Assembly: GCF_036321535.1 (NCBI RefSeq)
Contig: NC_087437.1
Coordinates: forward strand, 45,758,001 to 45,822,000
From: Camelus dromedarius
Lineage: Eukaryota
Direction: 5' to 3'
Length of the DNA stretch: 64,000 nucleotides
Shown here: positions 23,441-37,390 of the stretch, one piece after another
Layout of the letters: the number at the start of each line of letters is the position of its first letter
Numbering within the stretch: the first letter of the stretch is position 1
Notes under the pieces: model-generated
Database searches by the model: none
What the model saw: the letters and a program-made list of their open reading frames with translations, nothing else
Told to the model about the DNA's origin: nothing
Made by a program: the position numbers and the translations under genes

Positions 23441-26400
23441 TTCTTTGTTGTTAAATCCAATGGACACTCTCTAGTCCTTAACTGACTTGACGGCTCAGCA
23501 GTATTTAACACTAATGAGCACACCCTCCTCGCTTTCAAAACTTTTTTTTGGACATTGATCAGACTTTGATGATTTCCTCCGTTTCTCTCTCTCTCTCTCG
23601 TCTTGTCTTTCCTTATCCAGTCCTTAAATTAAATATTTCTGAAGGTTCTATATTTGGTGGTCTTCCCCTCCCACCATATGACCTCACCCTGTTTATCACA
23701 TGTACTCTACACTTTAAATACTGATGACTCCCAAACCCCAACCTTGAGCATCAGATTCATACAACTGGGCACCTATGGACACCTCTGAGCTCCAAGAGGA
23801 TAGGGTCAATGTTGGACTCACACAAAAAGTGGGTTATGCACGTGCATATATCAACGTGTGTGTGTGTGTACATGTGTGTGTATGTGTGTGTGTGTAGGAA
23901 GAGCTGTCTGGAAAGGATTCATACCAGTTCATTGTGGATAGGAAGTGTGGACTTCTTTTCATTTGATACACATGTGTTTGTTTTGACTTTCTATGGTAAG
24001 CATGAATTGCTTTTATGATTTTTTAAAATCTATAGGAATATAAAGGAATTCCATACCCTTCTCTTTTCCCACTGCTACTGATCTTCATCAGTCCTCCCAC
24101 AGCTATTGTAATATCCTTCTCTTTAAATTCTTGTCCTCCAACCTCTTTCGTCCTCAGCTCTATCCTCCAAATCGTCACTAGGCTGACTATCCTATTGCTC
24201 CCTCCTTAAAAACCAAACCAAGCAGGATTAAATCCACTCCTCTGAATCACTCCCAAGGCCCCTCACAACCCACCCCGGCCCCACCATCACTCCCTGCTGC
24301 ACCTCCTCACCCTCTGTCAGTCACACTGAGCACATGCTCCACATACACACTGCCCCCCACCAAATTGACACCCTTCCGCACTGGCCTTCCTCAGACAATC
24401 CCCTGGTAACCCTGTAAGGCCCATCTCAGTGTTGTCCTCTGACTCTTTCGAGCAGTGTTACTGCCTAGGTACGCTGGGTGTACCCGCGCTTGAGCACCTG
24501 GACAGGGAATTGTGATGCACTTGTGTTCATGTTTTCTCAAGACCGTGAGCACCACAAGAGTAACGATCCCGCCTCAGCAAGTCCTCGTCACCCCAGTGCC
24601 TGGCTCAGCGCCTGCCTTGACGTAGACAGTCAACAGCCTCTTATTACACCAATGAGAGAGAGATGAGTAAACGCCCTGGGGAGATGTGTGACGCGTTCCT
24701 CTGGTTTCCTTCTACCTCTCCTCTCTTTAGCCCCGTGTCCCATTTCCAGGATCGGCTCTGCTGAGTCCAACACCAGCACTGCCATCAGATGCGTCCCCAA
24801 GGCCCCCGTGCCTGCCTGTGCCCCAACCAGTGACATGTCCTCCTCCCTGCAGACTCCTTCGCAGAGACTGCTGAAGGGTCTTCCCTCAGACTTGCCAGGG
24901 ACGTGGCCTTTGACAACTGTTCACCACTAAGCTTCTGTTTCCTTAACCAAACAGCAGTGACTCCTTGTGTGGACTCAGTGGGACAGGACATGTAAAGCAA
25001 CTCCGACAGAACTTGGGTCCCTGCAGAAAACTCCACTGTCCTTCATTTCTGCCAGTATTGTTCCCCTAGAAATAGATTCCTGAAAACAAGAATGACTTTT
25101 CCATTTGTAAAATAACTACTAAATGAAGGTAACAGCAGACTGTGGTCAAGGCAGTAAGGGCAAATAGTTTGGAGAGAGGATCCCGCCTGGTCCCCTCAGG
25201 TCATTTCACCAACAGCCACCTACTCAGTCTCCTTAAACAACCCTACCCTCTGCTTGTCCCTGTAGCGTGTCCTCAAATGCCCTGTCCTCCTCCACCTGTA
25301 ATGCTTTGCTCTGCCTGTCTAAACCTTACCCACCCTGCAACGGGGTCCCAGGCAGGGTCACCTCCTCTGTAGAGCCTGCTCTGATACCCCGGGAAGGACT
25401 GAGGTCACTTGTTTCTCTGTGTTTCCACAGAACCTCAGGCCCACCTCTCCACTGGCCTAGGTCACATTCTGCTCCAGGCTCCGTTTCTAGGTCTGCTTCC
25501 CACACGAGAGAGAAGCGAGCTTCCTCCAATATGCCAACGTCTTCCTTCTCCATGATGCATAAGACCTTCTGCTCGCAAAGATGACCCGGCACCTGCACCC
25601 AAAGCTACAGAGTAAGTAAAGATGCAGTCAGTGCTGACTGACAGAGACTTCCACATCTGGAAGTCAGCATCTGAGTCTGGAGCAAGAAAGAGGCTCTTAC
25701 TAAATCGTTTTAAAGCACAGAGGGGCAAGAGACAGCATTATCACTGGGTGATGGGCGGGAATTCCTGGCTCTACACTCTGCATTGGAATTTAATTTCTAC
25801 CTTAAATAAATCTCACTCTCAATGGGGGTTTTGACAGTACCAGGCCATTAATGAGAACGTAAACCCTGGAAACCTAATTATCAGTTCAAAAGACATCCAG
25901 GGACAGCCATGTCAGGAAAAGGCGTGAAGTCTGAGTGGTGCCTCACTCGGGGCCTGTGCTGCATCTCAGCGTTTGTAACTAATGCAATTATTTCCCCCTC
26001 AGGCTGTCTCTAAGAGACATTTTAAAGAATGACATTTAAAGTGACCACACAGTAAATTAAAGGAAAGGAAAGAACAAATTTTCTACAGACATCATCAGGA
26101 AGAGAGCCAGGTGTGCTGACAAAGGAGGTGGCTCCTTCAAGCACGGTTGCACCTCTTCTCTGATGGGCAACCTTGAAATTGAAAGGTGCAGGTAGCCAGG
26201 AAGTACTTTCAGAGAAGAGAGAGGAAGGGCCCCTATGACGAAAATGGTTCACACTATATTACATTTTATTTGTCACTCAAAATAAAGGCTTCAGCTGGCA
26301 AAAGCAAACTGTTCACCAGACAATGCTGAATGCTGGGGATGCACGGGCTGCTGTGCTATGTTTTACTGTTTTAGTCCTTGTGTCCTTTGAGTGGCCTGAA

Positions 26401-26499
26401 TTCAGTATCCCTGGGTGGGCACATCACCTTTAACAGCAGACTTCACTGTCTGATGATCAAATTGCCTCAGAAATATTCAGAGAATTTCAGAAACATTTC

Positions 26500-26870
26500 A
26501 CTCCAAAGAGACATGTGACAATTCATCTTACTGAAGGAAAATTTTAACTGTATACATCAAAAGTCTTAAAAATGCACCTGTCTTTGAGCCAGAAATTCAC
26601 CTCCTGGGAATTCATCTTAAAATAATTATTAAGGATGTGCACAAATGTGTGCATCAGGCTGATCATTGTAGCAACAAGTTTGAACCCCTTAAATAGCTGA
26701 CCATGATAAACCGCTTAAAAAAATTACGATCCATTCACATGAAATATGATAGCATCCAAAATCGTATTATAGAAATATATTTATGACGTAGAGGTATTCA
26801 TACTGTAGTAGACAGGAAAAAAGTCTACAAAACAATATAAACAAGATGATATCATTTTTGTGAGAAAAAT
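26500..26870 (+). mobile_element. Ancient L1ME-type 3' fragment
   Basis: CTTTGAGCCAGAAATTCACCTCCTGGGAATTCATCTTAAAATAATT...GATGTGCACAAA. Confidence 0.55.
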
Positions 26871-28639
26871 AATACTGTAGTTTCATTTTTTTTTAACTTT
26901 ACCTAGTCAGGTGAAGGGATTAGTCAGTTAAAAGAAAAAATAAGTGGTAAAACATGAGAAATAGAAGGAAGGAAAAATGATAGGTAGCTTATGTTAAAAT
27001 GTTAAGTGTATAAAATTACATACATAGCTTAAACATTTTGTTTTAACCTAAAACAAACGTACACTCTAGTCATTTGATAAAGGGCCAAGATTTTTTTTTT
27101 TTGGTTGCAGGTCCACTTTTTATAGTTCCACATCATCTGTTTTCGTATACCACACCATCGAATATTTCCAGTTTCAATTTCTTTAATTCATGAGAAAACA
27201 AAAACTGCGAAGCCATCTAAATCCAAAATCCTCCTGTATTTTTATAATTTTCCAACTCTCACAGTTGTCTTGCCCAGACCTAATTTGATAGCAGAAACTT
27301 AGAAAGTTGCCTTTTGAAAAATTTTCCCATACCACTGCAGTTAATTTTCATAGAAATGACTCTCTTTTCAAAATCATATTTCATTTCTTTGCATAATCAA
27401 AACAACACAACCAGTATAAACAAATTTGGGGGAAAAAAATACAGCTGCCTCCTGATCAGTTGACAACACTGATGGCAAGGTGAGCGCATTCTCGAGAGCA
27501 GCCTACTAGCCATAGCGGGCAAGTGGAGCAAATGCAAAGCACTGTCCCCCCACACGGAGCCGGAGCAGAGACGAGGGGGAGGTGGGCGTGCTCCTCTCCC
27601 AGCGGTCTGCGTGGCCGGCTCGGCAGCAACCTTCCGATGTCCACCTGTGAGCCTCCCCAGGAAGCCTCCCCTATGATCACCCTGACCAACCATCCCTCTC
27701 ATTCTACCTCACATCAGCCATTCTTTCTTTATAAAAATCACCTGTAACTCATCTTTTTTGATAACTTGTCTGTTGTCTGTCCTCACCAATAGAATATAAA
27801 CCTGTCCACCTGAGTGTCTGCTAGTTGCCATTGGACATTTATTGAGAAATGTGTATATGTATGAATGCTTGTAGTTTAAACGATGTAGTGGTTTCAGGGG
27901 GGAAACCTTCATACCTTGTAAGAGGAATACACACCCTAATTGCCATAATGTAAGTTGCAACCAGATTAATGCCTAAAAAATAACCAAAATTATGACTGCA
28001 CTACACTGTTGTTGCCAATTATCAAGCGAAGCATCCCAGGCCTCTGGTAAATAGAACTATCCTGGACAGCAAGGGCACTGACAAGTCTCTGGGAATTTCT
28101 CCAACAGCATGCAATTTCTGAAATATTTGTGTTATTAACATTTCACCCAGGCATGTGCAACCTAGAGGAAGCTGAGTATCACTTCTGGTTTGACCTCTCT
28201 TCCCATACAGTTCATCAATAGTAACATATCAAATAAGCCTAATTCTTTCTAGCATCTCTGTTTTTACAAGGGGAAAGAACAAATTCTTTGTGACAAAGAC
28301 AATTTACATGCAAAATATATTATTTAGGGTTCAATTTGGGGAAGGCAAGAATCTAACACACACAGAGTGCCCCCCGCCCCCACGCACACCCCCAAACGCC
28401 AGTCAGAAACAGCACAAAGGGCTCCAGGAGGCCACGGTACTTGGGTGGAGTGAACAGGTTTCCGAGGGCAAGGGTGCCGCTCCTACCCAAGACATGGCAC
28501 CCAAACTGGGAAAGATCGTCTGCACCAGCCAACCAAGGACATGGTTTTATTCAGGCTACTGCCAGAAGATTCATTAATGAGGAATGTCTCAAAAAAATGG
28601 AAGGAAGGTAAGCAACACAGTAATCTGCCAATCCCAGAG

Positions 28640-29021
28640 GAATCATGAGGAAGGAGGGGGTGGGTTTTACCTCAGAACAAACAAGAGCAAGATGGTCCTT
28701 CATGGTGACAACTAGCCCCCTTCGACCGCACTTTGGCCAGGCTCCTCAGCCCTCTTCTCAACTAGGCCTCACAGTTAGACTGCTGACCCAGTTTTACAAG
28801 AACTCAGCCAAGTCAGTTTTGCAAGGATCTCCCCACCCTTGATAGCCAGCCAAACTTCTCTCAGCTTTTCACCCAGGAACTTTCTCCTTTTGTCTCTCGT
28901 GTATAAATCCCCAGCTGCCGCTGTTGTATTGGAGACGAAGTCAAGCTCTCCCTGATCGCAGCAGTTTTGACTAAACCCCCCCTTGACTGGTTAACTCCAT
29001 CCAGTGCAACTTCTCTTTGAC
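28640..29021 (+). mobile_element. ERV1-class solo LTR (MER34/MER39-like)
   Basis: GCCAAGTCAGTTTTGCAAGGATCTCCCCACCCTTGATA, TATA-like TATAAATCCCC (28902), terminal TCCAGTGCAACTTCTCTTTGACA. Confidence 0.55.
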
Positions 29022-31275
29022 AACAGTTAGCCATTTCCAAAATACAAATGTGTGGTGGGATTTCTTAACTGTCATTGCTTTCTGGAAGACAGGCCTGCTA
29101 TAAAGTTTAACACCGTCAGAGGAAATAACAAAATTCATCTCCACAGTAGTTTGCAACAAATAATTAAGTGCCTTCAAAATTCTAATCAAACCTAACTTCC
29201 TTCCGCCCATGAGGGAAGTGTCATTGATCCAAATGTGTTCTTTGAGCACCTACTCTGGGTCAAACTACCATGATCATGACAGGATATGAGATAAAGATAT
29301 AATACAAACATTTTTAAGGCAAAATAAATAAAAGAGATTCTTATCATCATCTTAGCCTTGGTTCTATTATCCACCCTGGTACAGTGTCAGGAAGTGATAA
29401 ATCTTGGAATTGACAGCTGCTTCAAATCCTTTTTCTAAGATAAAGATGTATAAACCAGCAACAATAATTTTTTTAAACTAAAAAAAAAAAAAAGTGGATA
29501 TGAGAGGAAATCAGCCCTCCCCAGAATTTCTTGTCTCATTAAAAAGTCAACTATCCAAAAATATCCTTAAGATTTTACTCCCTTGTACAGTCATAACCCC
29601 TGTATAGAATTTCAATGTCATGATTTTCTTTGTTCTCCAGAACAAATATTGTGCCTCCCTTTGTTTTCAAATGTGTACTTGACCTCTTTTCAAATGCATA
29701 TTTGACATCCTTTCAAGTACATTATCAGTACCCCTTTTATTATCTACCCCCTTCAAACAGATTTTTGGAAGCCTGGCAACTTACAAGTTCATCTTCCCTT
29801 CCCTGTTAAGTGTCCCTTTATCTCCTTTTTCTTACCTGAGTGTTATGAAGGCCCTTCTCCCCAGCTGACCACAAGGCAAAGCTTGAAGGGTAGACCAAAT
29901 ATAAAAGGAAGCCTGTCACTTTGATGTGATAAAAAACTGGGATGAGTCAGTTGCCAGCCCCTGGCTGGTGAGCCCCTCTCTTTCTGCAACGCAGGTCCTC
30001 TGAGCAGCAACACCTGGTTTTAAAATTCTGTGTCTGTGGTCTCCCCCCACCACTGCCTCCAGATCCCTGCTGAGGTCAAGTTCTCTAGAATCTGATAACA
30101 TCTAAATCTAAGGTGATAGCAAATCCGTGTTCAAAGAGCAGTTTAGGAATCCTAAATGTTAAGTTTCTTCTGAGAAACTTGTTCTCTGTCAACAAGCTTT
30201 CAAGTCACTGTTTTTTTAATATGAAAGTTTTTGTACAAAAACCAGCTGGCATGTAGACCCAACTGATCTCCTTCCTCTCCTCACCATCCCCCTACACAGA
30301 CGCTTTTTGTTTTTTTAACTGTCTTAAGTCTGCCAGTCCAGATACACATCAAGCTGGCCCACCCTGACTATTCTGCACAGCTTTCTGCCTTCTCCCCCAG
30401 GACTGCAGGCAATGTCTGCAGGCAAAAATGTAGAGAACAGCAGAGAGAACCTTGGATGGTTCATTTCAAATGAAAGCTCCAATTCTCCTCCTGCCTTTTC
30501 TTTCTGACATATCCTCCCTCGACTCTTCCTCGCTCGTAAGAGGCACAGAACTGCAACGCAGAGCTCCCCTCACCATGCTTTGTGCAGGGCGCTGGGTGGG
30601 AGGGATAGAGCATTTCTTTCGGAGAAAATGTTCTCTTGTGCATGATAATAGCACCTGCCTATTAAACGCCGCTCCCTTTCTGCAACTTTTATTCCAACTA
30701 TAGATCATCTTTTTCCATGAAAGTTTTGCTATTGAAGTAGCTTCCAGGTTGTTATGGGCCAGTGTGACTGCAATTTACAGTATTTCATAAATCACTGCAA
30801 GACTGAAAATGCTTGTGACAGATGAGGTTTTAAATTGACATTCTGTCTTTTTTATGGGCATTAAAAAGGTTGATCTCATGACATACTCTATAGACACATC
30901 CCCCTTTACTCAGCCAGAAAGTGCCCACCTCACACAGAAGCAAAGCAATGTAAGGGGAGGGAGAAATGGCATGAGAGAGAGGCCACAGCTCTCTACACAG
31001 TACTCTGTGAGAGGGGAAAGTCCAAAGTGTGTTTCTTAGCATTTGTGACCACTGAAAGGATCCTTGATCCATCAACAGCTCCAAACTGTGCATTTCATGA
31101 CCCCCAATGAATCCCTACAAAACCATGAATTTTAAGGAAGAGAAAACCAGATCAATTCTCCCTGGAAAAACCAAGGAAGTTGATATTTCCCTAACAGACA
31201 TCGCAAGGCTGAGCAATGGTTCCCCTGGAACCTCATGAGACAATGACCGATGCCAGGTTTCTATTCTCCCTAGGC

Positions 31276-31428
31276 CAAGGTTTCTCAACCTTGGCCAAAT
31301 ATTAGCATCACCTGAGGTGCCGCTGAAGCTACCCAACTCCAGACCAATACAACCAAATCTCTGCGGGTAAAGCCAAGGCCTAAAAGTTCCCCAGGTGACT
31401 AGTATGCAGCCCGTTTTGAGAACCACTG
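31276..31428. mobile_element. MER5-type hAT/Charlie non-autonomous DNA transposon
   Basis: Terminal inverted repeats CAAGGTTTCTCAA ... TTGAGAACCACTG; internal GCATCACCTG and CCCCAGGTGA. Confidence 0.7.
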
Positions 31429-34400
31429 GTCCAAAAACACGAAGATAGGCAGCCATGCAGGAAACAGGCAGGGTGGGTTAAATCAGGAGTCACGAACACT
31501 CCGGGAGCCAGACACACACACGAGGGGTGTATCTAATAAGTCCTGTCCAGACCCAGCTCCAGCCAGTTGTTGCCAGGAAGGAATAGGGGCCCGTTGTCAG
31601 ATTTTCTGATGTGTTAAGAATATCCAGAAATCTGGCTCCTTTCAACATGAAATCCCCTGAACTTTAAACGTTGGAAAATACTTCAGAATACTATGCACCC
31701 TTCACAAAATACATCTTGCAATAATGAGTTTGCAACCCCTGCCCTAGATAGGCAGATTTACACATCAGAGTTTTCCCTAAATAAAAATCCTTCCCCACCA
31801 CCCACAAAAAGTGGCCAGGATGATTCTCTGAGGACCAGCGGCTAGCTCAGTAGAGAAATATTTTAATGAAACCCACAAGCTGCAGTTAAACTGGCCCAAG
31901 TTTTGATGACGTGTAAACACCAGCAACAAACATGGAAGACATGATTGTCAGATGCCCCCTCCTATTTTTCTATCTGGATCTAAGTTTCCTCGGGTGGAGA
32001 GAGGGCAGCAGCATCCCAGCGGCTCCAGGTGAGGGACTGGCTCCCACACAGCCTCCGAGGCCGGGCAGCCGCTGTCTGATGGGACCAGCAATTGCGGTCC
32101 CATTAACCCCAGACGTTCGCGTGGCCATCTCTCTCAGAACTGCTGAAACAACTCTTTCATTGGTTTTTTCAGAGTTTGCTGACACAACAGTCTGGGGAGT
32201 GGAGGAGGAAAGGAAAGAAGGGCAGGAATCAGTCACAACTTCTCCCAGCATTAAAGGAGTGACTGACACTAATTACCCCTCTCAGACCAGCAGCAGACCT
32301 AGTGGAGTAGACCTATTTTCTCTATGAATTAATGCAGAGTGACCTACTTTCCTACATAGTATTTATTATTTGTGCTGCTGTTTTATCGATTTTGAGGCTG
32401 TTTTGTTACATAGGAATGGAAAAATCTAATGCAACAAAACTCCTCTCATGGAAAATACAGCCACATCATGAAATACAAATCTATTTCTTTCCTTTATGAA
32501 GAGATTGCATCTGTGGACTACATTTAGGTTTGGGGAATTAGCTAAAGGCTGCTTCAGTGAATTAATAAAAATGAAAGGAAATATAAATACATTGATGTTT
32601 AGATACAAAATCCAAAGAGTGCATTTCTAAATTCTAAAACTTGTTTGCTTATAATGTTCCAGAGATAATTATTTCAGAAAGGAGCACAATGTGAATCTTA
32701 CAAGACTATATATATTTTCCATTTATATTCCTCTTGTCCCATTTTTTCATGTGCATTATATCATCTGATTTTATTATGCCTCATATTTTATTTATTCATT
32801 TATGAGGCCCTGGGACTTTATTTCTTGAAATCTTAGTGGAATGTTTACTAAAAAACAGATAATTAAAAATAAAACCACACAGCTCACATGCGCATTTTGT
32901 TTTATATGCAATTATAAATGTATTTTCAAGGCAATTTTAAGGCCCAGTTTCCACAAAGCATCTTCTTCTCCCCTAGCAGCCCAGTAGGGACTCAAAGGAA
33001 ATCTTAAAAAGAGGCTGTTTGCATAACTTGAGTAATTGCAAGCCTCAGAGATTGCACCTACCCAGGAATGCTAAGGAGTGATTTACATTCTGGTGTTGAA
33101 AATAACAGTATTTTAGGTGCAAGTGGGTTTCCCAGAAAAAAATAGAGCTGCTGTGGGGTGCTGGGAGAGGGTGGTGTGGAGACAGGTGGGAATCACTGAG
33201 ACTCAGGACATGGCCTGGAGGAGCCTTCCCACTCGGGCCTGGCAGCCGTCCCGCTCTCTCTCTGCGCTCCCTCCCACTGACCGGCGGGAGCGCAGTGCAC
33301 GCGGACCATCAATGACACGTGGCTCCTCGGTGATGCACCCCCTGCACAGACATAAACGATGGGGTCACCACTGCCAAGCTGGCCTGCCCTCCCATTGTCA
33401 CCCACTGTGAAATAGACAGTAAGGCTTCTCTGGGCATGGAAAACCACCAGTCCACCATGGCCTCACCAGTGAGGCCAATTGGAGTGGAGAACTTGGGAGC
33501 CATAGGCCTACAGTGGTATGCGCTGCAGTCTTCCCTGTCTTCCTTAGACCTTCTCATGCCGATAGAGGGAGAGAAAGGAAAAGACAAACATTCCACAAAA
33601 TAGGAAGGAAAGTGTTTTAGTACATGTAACTTCTACCCAAAACCGAGAAGTTGGATATGACTTCAGGCCCCAGTGGCCTTCTCCCAGCTCCTTCTACCTT
33701 TCTCACTCCCTTACTGAATAAATTAAAGTGATTCATACTTGTCTTTCCATAGTCAGCTCAAGGGTCACTCCCTCCAGGAAGCCCTCCCAGATGGACCACC
33801 CATTGTTGAATCACATAACTCTCCTTAGGCTGCCAAGACACCTGCTGTGCCCCACTGCACGTTCCTCCTGCACGACACTGTGGCACAGGTGGGGGGGCTT
33901 GACTTCACCAACAGACTGTGACTTCCCTGAGGGGAGCACCTGGAGTTCAACATTTCTGTAGCGCCAGTGCTTTGCCTGGAGTCCAACACACCGAACAGGT
34001 GCTCAGTGAAAAGTGATGTACTGTCCACAAAGGCAGTCCATCTTAGCTCAGTTAAGGTTGTATTCCATCCACCAACATTTACTGATCACCTGCCTGTGGC
34101 AAAACTGGGATAAATATCAAACATACATGATTTAATGTAAAGCTCAGAGTCACCCTTTAATAAGTGTATTTTCACTCATATTTTACAGCTAAGTAAAGAG
34201 ACACTCCAGGTAAGTTCCCCTAACCCAGGTCAAACAGCCAGTAAATGACAGAGCTTGGATTTAATCCCAGGTATGTTAGACTCGAAAACCTGCTTTTCCT
34301 TTTTAATCTTAGTGTTCCTCAAAGAAAAAGATTTCTACCTGTGTTATCATTAAGGAAAATACAAAAAAAAATCTACGAACATGGCCTTCCTACCATTACC

Positions 34401-36749
34401 AATCTCCTCACTCTCATAATTAACATCTTCATATGTTCACAAGGCAATTGTCATGAAAACAAATATCACCATTTGACCTAGCAATATTAAGTATCCCACC
34501 AACTGTTTAATGTTCACACTGCTTTAACTTATTTTATCAGGAATATAGTATGTGTTGCCATATATTTAATTCTCCTCTAAAGCAAAATTACGCTACCTAC
34601 AAACACTTGCACAAGCTCTGTAACGCTGGGTCACAACCTGCATTACAACCCTGACAAGCTCGCCAAAAGTGAGAACCCTCGATCTAAAGAACACGTTACT
34701 AATTACAAGTTACTAGTTAACTAGTTATCACACTGAAATACCAATACTTAAATGTATCTCTAGAAAATTCTCTTAAATATTTCAAAGCATAAAATGGAAA
34801 GTATAGGCTGGAACCAGTTCCTTGGCTGGAACCATGACGCCCGTGCCAGGGGAGGGTGCGGGGTGCGGCGGCCCAGATCAGACTTGTCTCTGGTTTTGTG
34901 TAAACTGACTATACCCTTAAGCTCCACAGCAACCAACCAGCAGCTCAATTTTTTTAAAGTCAGAAGAGTTGCCTCTTGTTTATAAGCTAAGTGCAGGAGG
35001 ATGTAAAACTCCATCTGTAAGGCCAGTGAGAGCTGCCGTAAGTAACCCCAGGAGACTGGTCACATTTAGAACACTTTCACCACCATCATCAACTGACGGG
35101 GCGAGATCTGGGAGGGGTTTCAGCATTCAGAAGAGATACCCCGCCCTCTCACAGGAAGGGGTGCTGCTGTTCTCCCAGTGACCCGAGATGAACAAACACA
35201 GAGAGCGCAAGAAGCAGCATTTGCAGATGCCAAGCAGGGACCAGACGGTCCTCCTTCAAGTCTGGAGGAAGCAAGCCCTGAGATGTGGGAAAGCGGTATG
35301 CCCTAGAATCCAGGTAACCATGCCAAGATGTATCCTTACAAAGGGCGAGATTAGGAGAGCAAGGAATAGGCTCCCTGTACCTAGAGTTAAGGGGAGACAG
35401 CAAGAAGCACTCACTGTGTCACATGTCTGACTCCCCCACTAGCCTCTCAGCATCTTGAAGGGAGGAGCCGTGTCTTCATGGCGCCAGCAGAGTAGGTGAC
35501 CAGTAACAAGCACTAAATGAAGAAATGAATGCTTGTTTCATTCTCTCTTGCATATTCACCTTTCTAATGCCTCCCTTTTCCACTTATTCACCCGCGTCTT
35601 CTTACAACGTAAGTGATCTTTATGAGTGGGACAAGGGACCACAGAGACCACTATCTGAAGCGGTACCTATCACTCACTTTGGTCGCCAATTCCCAGCACA
35701 ATTAGGGGAATGCAATTATAAATGTCCAGAAATCTCTGAAATATATCAAGCATAAGACATTCACCAACATTAGCAGCACATTTATTTAATCTCAAACATC
35801 TTTCTTTATTTGATAGACTGTGAAGAAGAATTTATATAGAATGAGACAAGGTACTTCTCCCCCTATTAAAATGAGCATAAATAACTTATGAATTAATGAT
35901 GGCTCACTATAACAATTTGCATATCAAATGCACTTTATAAGAAACTGTATAACAGGCACCTAGTGTTTTAAACTCATGAGTATTTGGGGTAATCAAGTAG
36001 AACACAGTGTAAACAGAAGGAGGGGGAAATAAGGACTTTGGCTAAAGCTCATCTTTAAACAGAAGACTTAGAGTTATATTTATGTTTTTCTGCTTTTAAT
36101 TCTTTAGAATGTTGTGTTTTTAAAAGATATTTTATATGTATATTATACGTATTTATGTGTATACGTGTGTGTGTGTGTGTATATATATCTGCCTAAAGTT
36201 TAAAGTATTTTGTAAAGTGAACTGATCGCCAACAGAGCATATTTAAACAGGTTATTTAGTATTCTGGTCCTAATGAGTTAAGAGCCTCAAGAGGAAGACT
36301 CTGATAATTTGGGTTCATTTCATCCCAGACGTGAGATCTGGCAATGCTTAGCTCACATATTCTTGCAAATTACTGGAAATACCACATTCCCATGAGATGA
36401 AGTGACAGCTATGAAATAAGCAGGATAAGCCAAAGACTGCAAGAGCTACGTTAAACAAACACACCTCTAGCAAATTTCTCTGCCCCATTCACGCAAACGG
36501 AATATAATCTTGTCTCAACAGAAACACACAGCTCTCCACATCCAGGGTTACAAAATAACCCAAGTCTCTGGCTTTGTTTTACCATCTTCATAAGGCCTTC
36601 TTCCCTCTCTTCCAGGGGGGACGAAGATCTGGGACACATGATCAGGGAAAGTTCTCCCCTGGCCAGGCACTGGTCCAATAACCAAAACGTCACTGGTCAG
36701 ATTCAGGTAAATCTGATGTGATTAAAAACAGTTAGCTATGGTTTCAATT

Positions 36750-36958
36750 TTGTTGTGTGTGGTTATGTACTAGTAAAATCTTTATTTATGGATGCTAAAA
36801 TTTGAATTCTATGTAATTTTCATGCATCACAAAACATTATCTTCTTAAACCCTTTTTACAACCATTTAAAAATGTAAAAGTCAATCTTCATTCACAGGAC
36901 ACACAGAAAGAGGCAGCGAGTCAGGTTTGACCTTTGGACTGTGCTTCACTGACTCCTG
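36750..36958. mobile_element. MER58B-like hAT DNA transposon fragment
   Basis: CTTTATTTATGGATGCTAAAATTTGAATT...CAACCATTTAAAAATGTAAAA...TGACTCCTG. Confidence 0.7.
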
Positions 36959-36989
36959 AGCCAGAAAATGATTGTTCAGTGCACAGTTA

Positions 36990-37390
36990 TCTGGAAATAC
37001 GAATGGAGAGACAAAATTATGAAAAAGTACACAATAGACGATGAGAGACATAGAGAATATAGTGAGGGGGCCCAAAAGATGTTACTTGTGAGGCCCATGA
37101 GGAAAGGAAAGAGATGGCAGAGAGTTTTCTAGAGCTGATACAAACACCATCCATGGGTTCAAGAAGTCCAGCACTTCCCTAGTGAAATAAGTTTTTTAAG
37201 TTTACATATAATGTTGATGTATCATAAGGGAACTCTAGGCCATCAAAAAACAGTGAAAAAAATTAAAGCACCAGAGAAAAAAGACAGATCCCCTTTAAAT
37301 GAGCTACAGTCAGACTTACACCTGATGTGTCAACAGCAGCGGTGGAAACCAGAAAACAGTGAAAACGATAACTTCAATGGGAGAAAACCA
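36990..37390 (+). mobile_element. Ancient L1 ORF1 relic
   Basis: TTAAAGCACCAGAGAAAAAAGACAGAT...CAACAGCAGCGGTGGAAACCAGAAAACAGTG, colinear with the ORF1 CTD at ~11780-11900. Confidence 0.55.

Noticed and set aside
31932..32327. 131-aa ATG ORF and antiparallel 99-aa ORF in a GC-rich patch
   Set aside because: No recognisable homology; length is compatible with chance in GC-rich DNA, and there is no convincing splice-site pair
34712..34725. Perfect palindrome ACTAGTTAACTAGT, identical to the E. coli trp operator core
   Set aside because: It lies in a degenerate 7-8-mer tandem (GTTACTA/ATTACAA/GTTACTA/GTTAACTA/GTTATCA) in mammalian DNA and the flanks do not match the operator; coincidence
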